Positions 51,380 to 64,000 of a stretch of DNA of 64,000 bases are shown piece after piece. Source of the stretch: Rhizodiscina lignyota (Eukaryota); NCBI GenBank assembly GCA_010015805.1, contig ML978125.1, positions 62,001-126,000 on the forward strand, read 5' to 3'. Both the position numbers and the translations under genes were made by a program. Below the pieces are notes generated by a model, which searched no databases, was not told the DNA's origin, and was given only the letters and a program-made list of their open reading frames with translations. The stretch's first letter is position 1; every line of letters begins with the position of its first letter.

Positions 51380-51740
51380 ATGTAACATGGCTTGCGATGC
51401 CACTGAAGTCTTACATCTCCTCCACTTCACAACAAGATAATTTATTACGATGTTAAGCGTGAGAAACTTTTATTGGATTTCTCTCTATGGAAAGCCATTG
51501 TCAGGATTTGAGAATGCCAGATCCTCTATGCCTCAACCTTTAGAAGAACCAACAGTTGTCACAGACCTTTTCGCTCTCGGCTCAACAATTTACGAAATAA
51601 TCAATGGTAGACAGTCCTACACAACCTTCCTGATGAGGAGGGAGAGATACGATGCGCGCAACAGATACCCCCTGATGCGGAAAGTATTTTTGCCGAAAAG
51701 TCATGAAATTCGGTCGGCTCAAGATGCAGATCTCGCTTAG
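51380..51740 (+). pseudogene. Decayed protein kinase fragment
   Basis: IIYYDVKRE(K)LLLD (degenerate catalytic loop), then in another frame TDLFALGSTIYEIINGRQSY; frameshifts. Confidence 0.65.
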
Positions 51741-52571
51741 CCTTGGAGTACAACTCCTCAACTAGCGCGAGGAGGCCGAACACCGATCTAAGACGTATGT
51801 TGCTTGCTTTCCAGTCACCTATCTGCGATATAGTTCCTGAAGGATGTTCTGCATCACCTCCATCACCCAATGATTGTGGAAGAGGGGTCGCTAGGACAAG
51901 CTTGTGAGGCAAAGAGATCAGAACTCAAAAAGCGTCTACTCGTGGTGATGAACAAGAGATGAATCTAATATATCGGAGGAAAAAGAATGAGAGAGGAAGC
52001 CGGACTTGCACTCGTCTGTTCAACACTAGGCTTATTTGGATACACTAACCTAGCTGGGAATAGCGTCTGCGCAGATCAGGAGTCTAAACTCTGCACTCTC
52101 ACTCTCTCTCACGCATGCAACCAGGAAAACAAGCTTCAACTCAACTTCAAATCCTACACTGTTAACTTCTGTGCGCGTATCTCTCATTTGGCCTCTATAG
52201 CCTGTCCGTTCTTCTCCAAAAGAGTTGGAGATCTGGCGCGCGTGACAGGTAGCATTCGTTCCGCACAGACTCGACTATGTGACGAAAGCCTGAACTATAG
52301 GGCATAGGGTGGGATGCGCTATCGAGGAAATTGAGGCGCTCAGCTGCTGTATGAAAGCCTCTCCCGCGATCTACAATCCCTCAGAACCCAAATTCTATCA
52401 TCTCTGTATTCCTTTCTGTTACCAGAAACTTTTGTTCGCGCTTTAGGTATCACTCTTCCTGGTCTAATAATACCTAGCTCCTCTTTTGGCTTTCATCAGA
52501 GATGACGGAAATATGGACGTCCAATGCCGCGTGAGACACCATTCTCTTCCCGACACGTTTGTTCTTATACA

Positions 52572-53918
52572 TCAAGTCTTGATATTCAGCACAAATCCAG
52601 ACTTCATGACTCGAACACAAACATAGATCAATCCAGCAGCGCATGCCGTTACACCTCCATAAACCCACAGGCCCGTCCAATGTAACGGATCGACGGTACC
52701 AAGAATGGCACCAGCACCCGCGCCACCAGCCAACAAGCCGAGTCCGCCAATTGCAAAGCCCTGGCCAATGCGAGTGCCGATCATGGATTTGTTCTCCGTT
52801 AGTACGCGGAAGCATACAGGTGGCAGCGCGACGACGACACCGCTGAAAAATCCCGTGACGGCGGCTTCGATAATCATTCCCGCCGCGTTGTGTACGCCCA
52901 GCAGACACAGCATCGTGACGCCCAGTAGCATTGTGAACGGTGCTATAGTATTGAACACGCCGATGCGGTCCGACAGTGCGTTAGGCAGGATCCGCCCCAG
53001 GATCGACCCGGCGTTGAAGATGGCCGCTGTGTAGAATGCCAGCGAGGTATCGGTGAAGCCACGGTCCGCTGGGTAGAATGAGATGTAGAAGAGGAGCGCG
53101 GTCTGGCCAATGAAGCAGACCAGCACACCCAGCGTGAACAGCATGAACGGCGCATCACGGAACGCGGACCAGTCTACTATGGCGCGCGGCTTCGGGACGC
53201 GCACCCGCATGCGTAACGCGGCTAATGGGACCATGAAGGTCGCTAGGGCGATGAAGCCGATGCAGCGAACAGCCCAGGGAAAGCCTATACGCGAGATGAG
53301 TCGATAGAGCACGATGGGATAGATGACACCGCCGAGCGAGGAGCCGGAGGACGCGATGCCAATGGCGAGTCCAATGCGCGTACTGAACCAAGTCGGAATC
53401 AGCGACACAGTGGGCACGAAGAGCAAGCCGGCGCCGATGCCAACGCAGAAGGCCTGCGCCAAGAGCGCCTGCCAGTATTCGGTGCACAAGGAGAGCATCA
53501 TGTGACCAAAAACGATCATAAAGCTACCGGTGATGATGAGAAGGCGAAGGTAGCCCCTGTCGAAGATGGGTCCAGCGACGACGCCGGTAAGCTGAAGCAG
53601 GAAGCATTGGATGGAGCCAATCCAGGAGATGTCGGCGGAGGAGGCGTCGAAGAGCTCACCGGACTCGTAGTAGGTTTGGAAGGCGCTGAAGGCGCTGACC
53701 AAGCCCCACGTATTAAAGAAGAGCACAAAACCTGCAGCGACCTGGAGCCATGCGAAAAGTCCGCCATCTGGAGGAGGTGGAGGCCCCCTGGTATGATTCT
53801 CGAGTGCGGGTTGCTGCTCGGTGTCGGTCTCGGATGGGCTCCCTTTGGGGGGATCATTGTGAAGATTCATTGGCGTCATCTTTTCTTTGGGCACATCTTC
53901 AGCGACTTGAGGAGGCAT
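52572..53918 (-). CDS. MFS monocarboxylate (MCT/Mch)-type transporter
   Basis: PPPDGGLFAWLQV..FNTWG, ISWIGSIQ, GPIFDRG, GSSLGG, GRILP; intronless. Confidence 0.92.
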   Translation of the reverse strand: MPPQVAEDVPKEKMTPMNLHNDPPKGSPSETDTEQQPALENHTRGPPPPPDGGLFAWLQVAAGFVLFFNTWGLVSAFSAFQTYYESGELFDASSADISWIGSIQCFLLQLTGVVAGPIFDRGYLRLLIITGSFMIVFGHMMLSLCTEYWQALLAQAFCVGIGAGLLFVPTVSLIPTWFSTRIGLAIGIASSGSSLGGVIYPIVLYRLISRIGFPWAVRCIGFIALATFMVPLAALRMRVRVPKPRAIVDWSAFRDAPFMLFTLGVLVCFIGQTALLFYISFYPADRGFTDTSLAFYTAAIFNAGSILGRILPNALSDRIGVFNTIAPFTMLLGVTMLCLLGVHNAAGMIIEAAVTGFFSGVVVALPPVCFRVLTENKSMIGTRIGQGFAIGGLGLLAGGAGAGAILGTVDPLHWTGLWVYGGVTACAAGLIYVCVRVMKSGFVLNIKT

Positions 53919-54267
53919 ATTGACAGCAGAATAAAGAAAGCAGATGACGGCTGATAAATGTGGTTGTTTGAGAATTTTGACGTATATACAGACCTTCTTA
54001 AGTACCAACTAGTGTGTATTCCGCCGAAATGGGGGAAAGGCCGCACGCCACATTACATCCAAGGCATGGAGTGTTCAGTGACGGGATAACTACAGTACGA
54101 GAGAATTTGCCGACTTGTGGATCTTCAAGGGGCTTTTCGCCCGTGACGGCGGAACTAAATTTGCCAAGCCTTCGGACCTGGATACATCATCTACGACCTC
54201 CATAACCTCACACCCATTTTCTCCGCCGCGTAGGAGGCTGATCAATATTCATTGACGACGGCTAGCC

Positions 54268-56591
54268 ATGATTGACGTACTAGATGGAGAGCTAGATGGC
54301 GTCTCAATCGACCAAGAGATGCCAGCTAAGCGCAGGAAGGTTCGCAAAGGGACTCGATCTTGCTGGGAATGCAAACGACGGAAGATCAGATGCATATTCG
54401 CGTCGTCCCACGATGCCGTCTGCCTCGGCTGCCAGCGGCGGCGTTCGACTTGTGTCAGTCAGGATATGCCGGAAGAGTTGTCTCCGGCAAGAAAAGGCAA
54501 CCGGTATCTCGCGGAGCGGATCAAAAGAGTAGAAGATTGCATGAAAGACTTTCTTGCTAGCAAACATGTCGACGGGATAAGCCATACTGAGGAAGAGGCA
54601 CGGCGGGACAGTCGTTTAAACCCTGATACCGCAACTGCTCGCCCTGATGATTCAGAGTCCTCAACAATTCGAGTTCCTCTCACGCAAAAAGAGGTACTTG
54701 AACCACTCATATCCTGAATTCTTTCCTAATAGCTACTTAGAGCCTCGGAGACCCTGTACTAAATTCATCACCCCTCACACCAAAGTCGCAAGATGTTTCA
54801 GATCAAGCAGAGACCGAAACAGTCCTCCGTCACTTGTTTGCAGCCTTTCCCTCCCAAGAGGATACCAAGATCCTGCTCAAAGAGAGCTCTAGAACGTCAC
54901 GCTACAACGATTTGATCAACACTCAGTCGCATAGCAAGTTGACCCCCGAAACGCTAGCGGCATCGTACCCCGAAGCTGAACTTCCTCGTCGCAACGCCCA
55001 CCCAGTCATTTTGGCCAGATGTATGCTCACACTTGCCATAACTCTCCAAATACCGAGTAAAGACAAGTTCCTCGGCCTTTCTGAACCGCAGAACACAATC
55101 ATGCGTCGTTTGGTGACGGCTGCTAGGACTTGGGTAACGACCAAGGAGGAGATGCAGGGCACGGTCGAGAGTCTGATTTGCACCATTCTAGAGGCTGTAT
55201 TTGAGACAAACTGTGGCAACCTTCGACGGGCATGGGCTGTCTATCGTAGGGCAATAACTGCCGCTCAGTTGATGGGCCTTCACCGCTCTCCCATCCCTGC
55301 GCTGAAACACATCGACCGCGAGATTGATGCTAAGCCAGAGATTATGTGGTTTCGCATCGTGTACATGGACCGTTATCTCAGTCTACTACTTGGCCTTCCT
55401 CAGGGCACATCTGATAAGAGCATGGGAGCCATGTCGGTTTGGCAGAACGAACCACCCCTTGGCAGATTCGAGCGCCTACTCACGGTTATTGCATCTCGCA
55501 TCTTGGAACGCAACGAGCGTGATTTTGCCCCTAGCGAACTCATGACAACCCAATCCATCGATGCAGAACTATTGAAAGTGTCGAAGAGCATGCCGGCAAG
55601 CTTTTGGCGTCCAGCGAATTTCCAGGGCCTCACCGCAGGAGAGCCCGATGCCTTCTTGGAAACTCTACGCCTAGGAGCCCAGGTCTACTACTATAGCCTG
55701 TTGATTCAACTCCATCTACCATATATGATGCTAATCAGCAACAATATCGAGCACGAGTATTCCAAGATTACTTGCGTCAATGCTGGTCGGGAAATATTGA
55801 TGCGCTTTATCGCTCACCGAACCTTCAACCCCGTTTCATCCTGCTCGCGCCCTGTAGACTTCTTTGCGCTCTTGGCTGCAATGACGCTTCTACTTGCTCA
55901 TCTCAACACTCATTATCATCGAGAAGCGAGCAATTTCCTGGCCCACCAGCGCTTGAGCGACCGCGCCATGCTAGACCAAGTCCTGGAGATAATGGAAGTG
56001 ATGAGTAACGTCAACGAGGACGTAATATCTACAAGCAGCGCCAAACTGGTCCGACGGTTACTCGCTATGGAGACGGACGCAGCCGAAGGAAGCAACTATA
56101 TCGCTAGAAGCGTAAGAGGAGATGACAGTGTGCAGGAGGACAACGAGGACAATGAGGAAGGTGAGGAGCTTCGCTTACGTATCCCGTATCTCGGTGTCGT
56201 CAAGATTACTCGACAGGCTCCCATTTCTCGAGAATCTCCGCAAGGGAATGCAACATCTCGGCCGTATCAGCCTTCCCAGGCCGAGCTCTTACCGCCTATA
56301 GATGAACAACCGCTTAGCCATCTGAATGACATGGCCGAAGGCTCCACGATTTCGGGGAATATGCTGGCATCGGAACGGTCGAATGCACAGTTACAAGCAT
56401 CCTTGTATGAGCAGTCCATGCTGCAATATCCCAGCTCCAACCATGACAACATCGTTTTGCAGCCACCTGTTGGACCCCCTCCCGTGGCGGCTGGCGTCGA
56501 TGACTGGGTCTTCCAGGGAGTCGACATGGCGTTCTTCGACAGCTTGATGAGAGGCACGACTCGCGTGGATGATTTTGGGATAGAGCAGTGA
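54268..56591 (+). CDS. Zn(II)2Cys6 transcription factor with fungal TF middle region
   Basis: RKGTRSCWECKRRKIRC..CLGCQRRRSTC; intron from about 54694; ORF 54834-56591 with GNLRRAW, DRYLSLLLGLP, WVFQGVDMAFFDSL. Confidence 0.92.
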
Positions 56592-57405
56592 TGGGTTGAA
56601 GATTGGCTGAGGATGGCTGGTGGTCATGTGTAATGAACATTTACTGAGCTTGATACATCGTTGGGTGGTTTCGTATGAAGAATATTGGCATCCCTATTTA
56701 CGAGAGAAGCATGACTTGTGAGTGCCACTTATCGGATGGGCATATTTGTGACTAACTCAACAACTTCAAAGATTGATGGCTACCTATTCTTGTCGCTTCA
56801 GTTTCTTGGAGTAAGTACATGAAGAGTGCAACATCTTCGGGATGGATTCTGGTCTTCGATAATACCCTGCCACCGCATACGCGCTTTGTCAAGAGTCACT
56901 GGCCGACTTTTAGGTGGATGTACAATCTCAGTACATGAAAACTATTGTTTTCACAGTCTCAAGCCTATGTCTTCTACACGCAATACGGAAATGGAATGAG
57001 GATGCCCTGTAAACGTATTTCGAATGATGTTGCCGACACCGAAGAACTCCTAAAAATGCCAATGTGAGACGCCCCCTGCCTATTCGCGGCAGCTACTTGT
57101 ACTAGAGTCACTTGAGCGGCCAATTCTAGAGAAAACATATTCCATTGGCACTAGCAGCTTTGGTACTTTATGGATGACAATGGATGCCCTCCACTCTCGA
57201 CTATTTCGCGATCGGAACCGCATCTTCAGCATGCTCACAGAATTATTTCGATATCCAACTGTTTCATTATGAACAGCGCGAAGAAATACATATTTACTGA
57301 GTGGGGTATCATAATCTAATTTACACATCGAGTCTTACTCATGATTCTGCCAGGAACTCTCCACATCCCATGGCATGTAGCACAGCTACTCCCTGCCAGC
57401 AATTT

Positions 57406-58182
57406 TTAGCCTGTGAATGTTGTCACTGCTTCCAGTATAAAATCAGCAGTTTCCTTCGGCCTGCTCAACATTGGCGAATGGCTACTCGCAATTTCCCGTA
57501 CAGTGACGTCGCCACCAGAATCCTTCGCAAGTTGTATGAGATATTTTTGAGCCTCGATCGGCAAGCCCTTGTCCTCTGCAGTGGTCAAATGCCAGACTGG
57601 CACGTCCATCCACCCCGTATACATATGCTCGCCACCCTCAGCCAAAGCTTTCACCGACTGTTTCCTCAGCCTGCTGACCCAGTAATCCCCCTCTTCCTCA
57701 GGAAGGTCGTGATAGAACAGCTCCCTTGGTGGGACCACTATTTCAGCAAAGCCGCTCGGATCGATCTTCCAAGATGGTGGTGGCTTGCCGCCAAGGCCGT
57801 CAAGGAAACTCTTCATCCCCGTCTGACTGAAGGCAGTTGCTATATTGACGAGGCCAATGACATGACCGGATGTGTCGTTTGCAGATGACGGGGCATCTTG
57901 CTTTGGGCGGGTGAGGCCTTTGATTGCGCTCTGTCCGACTATGCCACCGAAGGAGTGTGTTACAACTACGACGTCACGCCCTTGTGTGGTCTCCGCTACG
58001 ATCGCGTTGCGAACAGCGTTGAGATCGTCTTCGAAACTTGCGGTATTGCTTCCCTCCGTTGACGGGAGAGAAGGCGCAACGCATTTGAATTGTTGAGCTT
58101 CCAAGAGGGATACGACTTTGTTCCAACACTCGGGACTATGCCATGATCCGTGCACAAAGACGATTGTAGGCTTGGTAGACAT
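57406..58182 (-). CDS. Alpha/beta hydrolase (methylesterase-like)
   Basis: VFVHGSWH, nucleophile HSFGG, Asp in AEDK, His in SHSPM. Confidence 0.9.
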   Translation of the reverse strand: MSTKPTIVFVHGSWHSPECWNKVVSLLEAQQFKCVAPSLPSTEGSNTASFEDDLNAVRNAIVAETTQGRDVVVVTHSFGGIVGQSAIKGLTRPKQDAPSSANDTSGHVIGLVNIATAFSQTGMKSFLDGLGGKPPPSWKIDPSGFAEIVVPPRELFYHDLPEEEGDYWVSRLRKQSVKALAEGGEHMYTGWMDVPVWHLTTAEDKGLPIEAQKYLIQLAKDSGGDVTVREIASSHSPMLSRPKETADFILEAVTTFTG

Positions 58183-58842
58183 GTTGAAGTGATTGTGAAG
58201 GGATTTTCAAAAAACGAAATTGTGAGGTGGAAAATGAAGGGGCAAAAGGGAGGGCTTCGGACGAGAGACGATTGGAGAGGCTGAAGAAGAGAACAAACAG
58301 CAGGTATACGAACGTTTATTTAACATTGTGCCTGAGGTTAGCAATATGGCTACCAGAAAACAAGGCGAAATTCCGTCGGAAGGTCCTGAGGATCCGAATT
58401 AATTGTCTCATGGGACTAGCCGGTCCTGGCATCGAATGAGTCAACTCACTGTCGGCTTTCTGATACTTCCGGAATATTTTCGCAGTTCTGCGCTCTGATT
58501 GGACAAGAAGCAAGCCGAGTTATTGCACTAGCCTCAGCACTCCCTTCTGCATATTTGAACATCGCTGTCTTCGCCTCGCTTCTTCAGCCGCATTTATGTG
58601 GCAACTCAAATGGACGTCCTTAAAGAGAATTAAGATTCAGCTCCGGACTGGATATCTAGTGATTGGGTAGATTACTATGCGCCCGAAAAGCAAAGCGCGG
58701 CAACGAAACGCTTCCGAGCCGGGTGCAAGATGCCCCTGAATCCCCATGCTACAATTGTCAACCGCTCATTGAGCGAATAATACGGCCTCTCTTGTCGATG
58801 TTTTTGGACAAGGGAATGGCCACTGATGGGAAGCAATCGCAT

Positions 58843-59480
58843 ATGAGTCCAGGTCGGATTGAGACCGCATTCCCTACATCCTCTCGTCCTTATGTTTACA
58901 AGTCTCTTGTCGAGGGACAGTTTCGCTTGCTGAGCCTTCGTCCTGGTGTCTCCACGGATCCTCTGTGGATTGACATCTCATAGCGCTCCTTAGATGATGC
59001 CGACCATGCCGACCATGCGTTCGAGGCGCTATTGTACACCTGGGCTCCGCGTTATCTATGGAAGGAAATATTCTGCGGCGACGCCATCATACGAGTGACG
59101 GCTAATCTCTTCGATGCTCATTGCACTGCGGATATCGAACGAGACAAAAACATATGGATCGACTAAATCGCTATAAATCAACATGACACTGTGGAGCAGA
59201 ATGCGCAAGCCCAACGGATGGGAAGCATCTATTCAAAGGCTCGGCATATGATGATCTGGCTGTCTAAAGAGCTTGGGAGGCGGACAACTCTGAACATGTG
59301 ATCCTCTTCGGTTCATTATGCCTTGCTGCAATGAAAGCCGGAGTTGAGCTGGCTTTAAAGCATATGTGCAGCGAAGACAAACTTTCGACTGCCGTTTGGC
59401 TATCAATGTTCCGACTTCTCCGACACGAATACTTCCGACGTGTTTGGATGATCTGTGAAGTAATACGCGCGAAGTAATGC
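58843..59480 (+). pseudogene. HET-domain pseudogene
   Basis: FRLLSLRPG, FEALLYTW, VTANL, IWID*IAINQ, RMGSIYSKA..IWL, YFRRVWMICEV with in-frame stops and frameshifts. Confidence 0.8.
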
Positions 59481-60355
59481 CGGGTCATGTTATTTGGAAA
59501 CATCTTAGCGTGAGAAGACTTGAAATGATCGGAACAATGTTCCAGAGGAAGCTGGACGCCCACTCAGAGATTGTTATGGAACTGTACCCAATAGCATATC
59601 CATCGGATATGTACTTCTACGCGAGCGGCCTCGAGAAGACGTCGACAATCAGAGGCACTCTGCGATTAGAACCAGGAAACCGGATCCCAGAGGCTTCTAG
59701 GCCGCAACCAAGCCGATATAGATTTTGTGCTGTTGTCTCCAGGTTTCAGCTGTTATTGGGGCCAATTATATATAAGAATGGCGCATTTCAAGTTCCAAGC
59801 CGAGGAAATCAAGTCTTCTTTCGGCATCTTCTTCTCTCGAAGTGAAGCTGCACTACAGCCAAGATGGTCGAGAACTCAATAGCACGTCTTCTATGTGCGC
59901 TTTCCCATCGGAATGTCCGATGTCCGCATGCTGACCTGATATCGACATTTCGATTTGCCCATTCTTGCATCATGGAGAAATGCATTTTCAGCTCGCGGGC
60001 ATGGCCCTCGCAATCTCGATTGCTTCATCCTCCATTCGGTAACGCAAATCAACATCATAGCCATTAAAACGCTAGTCATCCCTGCATCTATTCAGGTCCA
60101 GCTGTATGTTCCGATTTGTATCCTGCAGTTCCATCATGCAGTTGCAGGTATTGGACGCACATCGCTTCGAAGTATTTCAGCTGAAACCAACGTGGAGAGG
60201 GCACCTAGATTCTAGCCGATGTCAACAAATCAACGAGGTCTAAATGCCCTTTTTAAATTGTATATAAATCGTCATTATTCTGCGTTGTTTCATATTCATC
60301 ATTCCAAAAGACCAATCTTCATCACTTCCAGGGTCGCTAATTGACACTCAACGCA

Positions 60356-60790
60356 ATGCGCTCGCCGCCTTCATTCTCTTCCTCCTCACCGTCTGCACCG
60401 CCGTCTCGTTTCATGTAACTACGACCAAGAAAGGGAACACCACACCAGCTCCGAAACCTAGTCCAAATCTTTGTGCTGCCGTCTCCGCAGTCGTGTCAAT
60501 CCTCAAGCTCAACAAAGCAGGAAGCTTCTGCTCTTCCTTCCTTCACATTACAACTACGGAGGCGGTAACTAGTGGCCCTGTTAAGCGAGACATTGAACTG
60601 GATGAGCGCGGGCAGCAGAAGATCCCGCCATATCTGGGGCATTTGCCTCATCGGCCATCTCGAAGGGGTGTTCATGTATCGTGGCAACGGCGACATCCGA
60701 ACCGTATACCTCTTGAGCAGGACCGGAAACATTGCGTGCTTCCAATGCCGCAGCTGTAGTTTCAATTCGAAGGGAAGGAGGGGATGGTAG
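60356..60790 (+). pseudogene. Probable disrupted secreted protein gene
   Basis: Hydrophobic LAAFILFLLTVCTA is out of frame with ATG 60356; followed by LCAAVSAVV..SFCSSFLHI..KR..IPPYL. Confidence 0.35.
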
Positions 60791-61430
60791 GAAATCATTC
60801 GATTAGCACACGGAGCTAGTCTCGGTATTGTCGCTTTATGTGTCAATAGAATTGAGTTGCCTTTGGTGTCACTGTCAGTTGGTGACGCTTTCTCAGTTCG
60901 TCATCGTCTTGCATATCGATTTCAATCATTGAGTTTGACTGTTTGAGACTGGGACTCTGTCCTCTTACGGAGACATGCGACGAAATATGGATGCCTTCAC
61001 TTGAAGAACACAAAAATATAGCGTTTAAGATGCAAATATGGAAAATGAGTGCCCAATCGAGCGAATCCTGAATCAGAGTGCCGTCAAGAGACGTGAGTCA
61101 TTTCCATTGTATCGTATATATTTCGATCTAGTATGATCGTCATGGTTCTTCGTATCTCATAAGTTATAAAGAGTTCGGGAGTGGCAGTCAGAGACCAGCT
61201 CGGCAGGATGGAGCTATTCGATCCTCCTGTCGTGAGCAACAGTAGTGACCAAGGCAGCCATCGGCAACGATAATCCAAAGCACTTGAGCCTTTCGGCTCC
61301 AGCCTGAATCGTATGCTACATAGGGGATGGCCTTTCCCACTCAAATGTGTCAATTCTCTCGACGCCTGGCCTCTTGTGTCTGGAGTCGGAGTCGTTTTGA
61401 ATCCTAATCGTTCAGTGAACCGCGGCCCGG

Positions 61431-62640
61431 TCAAGGTGTCAGAGTCGCTCCACTCAAAGTCGTGTCAATCGAGGAAAATGTCATCTTTGTGTCCAACCGC
61501 GGCTTTACAAAATCCTTCTCGCATTTCTCATTCTCTGTCTCCTCCAGGATTTCTTCATAAAGCTGCTTGGGATCTCTCGTATCTTCTTTGATAACACGCT
61601 GGCGCCACATCTGCCAGATCTCTGTCTTCGGCACGAGATGCATATCGTCTACCCATTTTCCATTTCCAAAACGGCGCAGCAAGAACCCGTAAACGTGTGT
61701 TCGTGTCTGTGCCGGCTCATCATTCGCTTTCTCTAATTTCGTGAGGCAGCTTCCAGCGTTCAGACGCTGGCCGATCATCACATTCGCTTGGCCAAGAAGA
61801 TTGAGCGCGACGAACGCGAGCTGATCGGTCGAAGAGCCGTTGGGAATGGCAATGAAGACTATGAGAAGGGCGATGAAGCTGCCCACCCACGACATGCGGT
61901 GAGAAATTTTGGCCAGGTTGCTATCCACGGGTTGCACGCCAAGGCCGGTCCAATCGCAGATATCACCTCTTGTTCCTTCCAATACCAGGCAGGAGTTCCT
62001 TGATCCCATGAAGATGACGGCATCATTTGAGTGTGGCCTGGAAGGCTTGTTCTGTGAGTTCTGAATGAATTGACGCTCTAGCAGGCGCAGAAGGATAGAC
62101 CAGCCAGTGAAGACAGCGCAGGTACTTATTCCAATCCAGGTAGAGGTGCGGACGTAGCAAAGGACAGACATGATAGCGGCAAAGCAGATCCAAGTCAATA
62201 CAACCCAAGCCTGAGATTGCCAATGGATTTGGCGCAATATACTTTCGTCAGCGCGCGGCTTGATTCTGTAGACAGTGCAGCTGGCGTGCTTGAGCAGGTC
62301 AAGGTGGCTGATCGTCTTCGCAGTGCGCATATTCCGCAGAGGTGCGGTCTTTCCTCCAAATGGACTGATATATGTCTGGCCTACCGACTCATAGAGCTGG
62401 GAGGTGGATCGTAGGTAGTTCTGCAGACCAGCGACAGGAGCAGCGGACAGGCACTCGGAGAGGGTGCGGCGCATCATGCGGAAATTCACCTCCTCGCTCT
62501 CGCCCAAGAGGACCATGAACGATGAGACATCGAACTGCCATTTCTCGAACTTTGTGGCGACCATGTCGAGGGCATTGAAGAGGGAGACGCCAGCGGGATT
62601 CGAGGGCAGAAGCAGAGAGAGAGGGTTGAGGGGTGACATG
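61431..62640 (-). CDS. Hypothetical multi-pass membrane protein
   Basis: ORF over 400 codons, FDVSSFMVLLGESEE N-terminus, about four hydrophobic segments; no family recognised. Confidence 0.7.
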
Positions 62641-63140
62641 AAGAACTTCGAACAGGCCAAGCACGCACAGCCTCGTCCCCGGTCGCACAAGTGGATCAGT
62701 GGAATTCGAGTCGATGCGCGAGCGGAGATGTCTGCACGGCGAGCTCATAAGCTGCAGAGGGATGCGTCTGGGCTTTTATCGCACCACTGAAGGCAAACCT
62801 CCGCGCCACGCTGCTCAGCTCCACCTCACGCTACCCCGGCCTGCGCCTCACCGGTCGCGCGCACAGCCCTCACCTCACTCTCCTCCCGTCCCTTCGACGC
62901 GCTTTTCATGTTCGTTCATTCGACGTAATTCGTATCGCTCGCTCTGCCTCTCAGTGCGCCTTGGCCCTCCGGCCCTTCCGCTCCACCTTTTCGAGGCTGA
63001 GGCATCTTTATCATGGAGAGCCCGCTCCGCCTCGACGCCCTTGACTCGAGGCATTTCATTATTCCCGCTCTCGACGGCCGCAGTCTCCTGTGAATGTTGA
63101 AGCCGCTCAGCGCCATTGAGAGCCATTGCCCGGCTCAATC

Positions 63141-64000
63141 ATGCCGTTCTTCGCTCAATTCGCGTCGCTGACCGGTGGCAACATGCTTCCATGGGAGAAG
63201 AAAATGCAATTCGACCTCCACCTGCCAATTGAACAGGGCCACAATACGAGATCTGGGAAACAGCTCCAACGGCAGATTTTGAAAGTACTAGATTGCGCCA
63301 CCCCGACGGATGCAAGCGCTCGTGGGACCTGGCGCGTTTTCGGCGGGCACCGCAAAGGCTCGCTCCGCTTTCTTACCGCGTACACGCGCCGCGTTATGTC
63401 CTGGTCTTCGGATAAAGCCGTTCATCCACGGAATTTTGAAAGCAGACTCGACCTGGCCAATGGCACACCGGCTCCTCAATTTCAAGTGGTGGAGGCTGAC
63501 CACCTGAGTGGACTGCACAGGGATAAGCCCAAGTACTTAGCTGTCTCATACCGTTGGCCCAAACGATCACGACAAAAAGCGCCTGCAGACCTGAAGAGTG
63601 ATGTACATTGCTACGATGTGTGGGATCCGAGAGCCAATGGGGGCCACGGAGGAGTGCGCAAGAATAACGCCCCCAAGGAGGTCATCGATCGAGCTATCAA
63701 ATTCGCAAAGGACAGAAGGATTCAGTTGGTGTGGATTGATCAAGAGTGCATCAATCAGTCAGATCGCCATGACAAAGAGTGTGGTATTAGATCCATGGAC
63801 GACATCTTCCTCAACGCAGCAAAAGTCATTGGTCTCCTGCAAGTGCGCATCGACTCCGAAACAGAAGCCAAAGTGCTCCATAGGCTTACTGTAGAACAAC
63901 CTCGCCTCGACCCGAAATCTTTCAAGGCCGCGGTCAATGTCGTATACCGCATCTCTCAGGATGAGTGGTTCTCTCGAGCTTGGACTTTCCAAGAAGCAAT
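63141..64000 (+). CDS. HET-domain protein (runs off window end)
   Basis: Frame open from ATG 63141 to the end: YLAVSYRW, VWIDQECINQ, IRSMDDIF, WFSRAWTFQE. Missing from the ORF track because there is no stop in the window. Confidence 0.85.
   Translation, partial: MPFFAQFASLTGGNMLPWEKKMQFDLHLPIEQGHNTRSGKQLQRQILKVLDCATPTDASARGTWRVFGGHRKGSLRFLTAYTRRVMSWSSDKAVHPRNFESRLDLANGTPAPQFQVVEADHLSGLHRDKPKYLAVSYRWPKRSRQKAPADLKSDVHCYDVWDPRANGGHGGVRKNNAPKEVIDRAIKFAKDRRIQLVWIDQECINQSDRHDKECGIRSMDDIFLNAAKVIGLLQVRIDSETEAKVLHRLTVEQPRLDPKSFKAAVNVVYRISQDEWFSRAWTFQEA

Noticed and set aside
41735..57888. Long antisense/overlapping ORFs (e.g. 41735-42301, 50286-50861, 53502-53954, 57301-57888)
   Set aside because: They shadow well-supported genes on the opposite strand and have no motifs; expected from codon bias.

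Overview
Eukaryotic DNA from a filamentous ascomycete (short GT..CTAAC..AG introns, Zn2Cys6 factors, HET domains, RIP-like TpA-rich relics); the species cannot be determined from sequence. The window holds about 27 protein genes: a left group (C2H2+Zn2Cys6 TF, EthD-like, AKR7-like, AtuA/DUF1446), three P450s, conserved TMEM234 and PhyH-like genes, a dense 10-gene oxidoreductase/EthD/VOC/P450/TRI12-like cluster with no backbone synthase (33.8-47.4 kb), an MFS-TF-hydrolase trio, and HET-domain genes at the right end. An accessory block at 18.7-26.9 kb carries an F-box-like gene, a DEDD exonuclease fusion, a gag-like relic and two adjacent MITEs. The standout observation is a tRNA-Gly(GCC) gene (18450-18634, minus strand) cut by two mRNA-type (spliceosomal) introns in the D-arm region, plus a probable 6-nt canonical anticodon intron. 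Removing the three introns by hand gives a textbook 71-nt cloverleaf with an upstream TATA box and a downstream oligo-T terminator. Exon boundaries were read by eye and are approximate unless stated.
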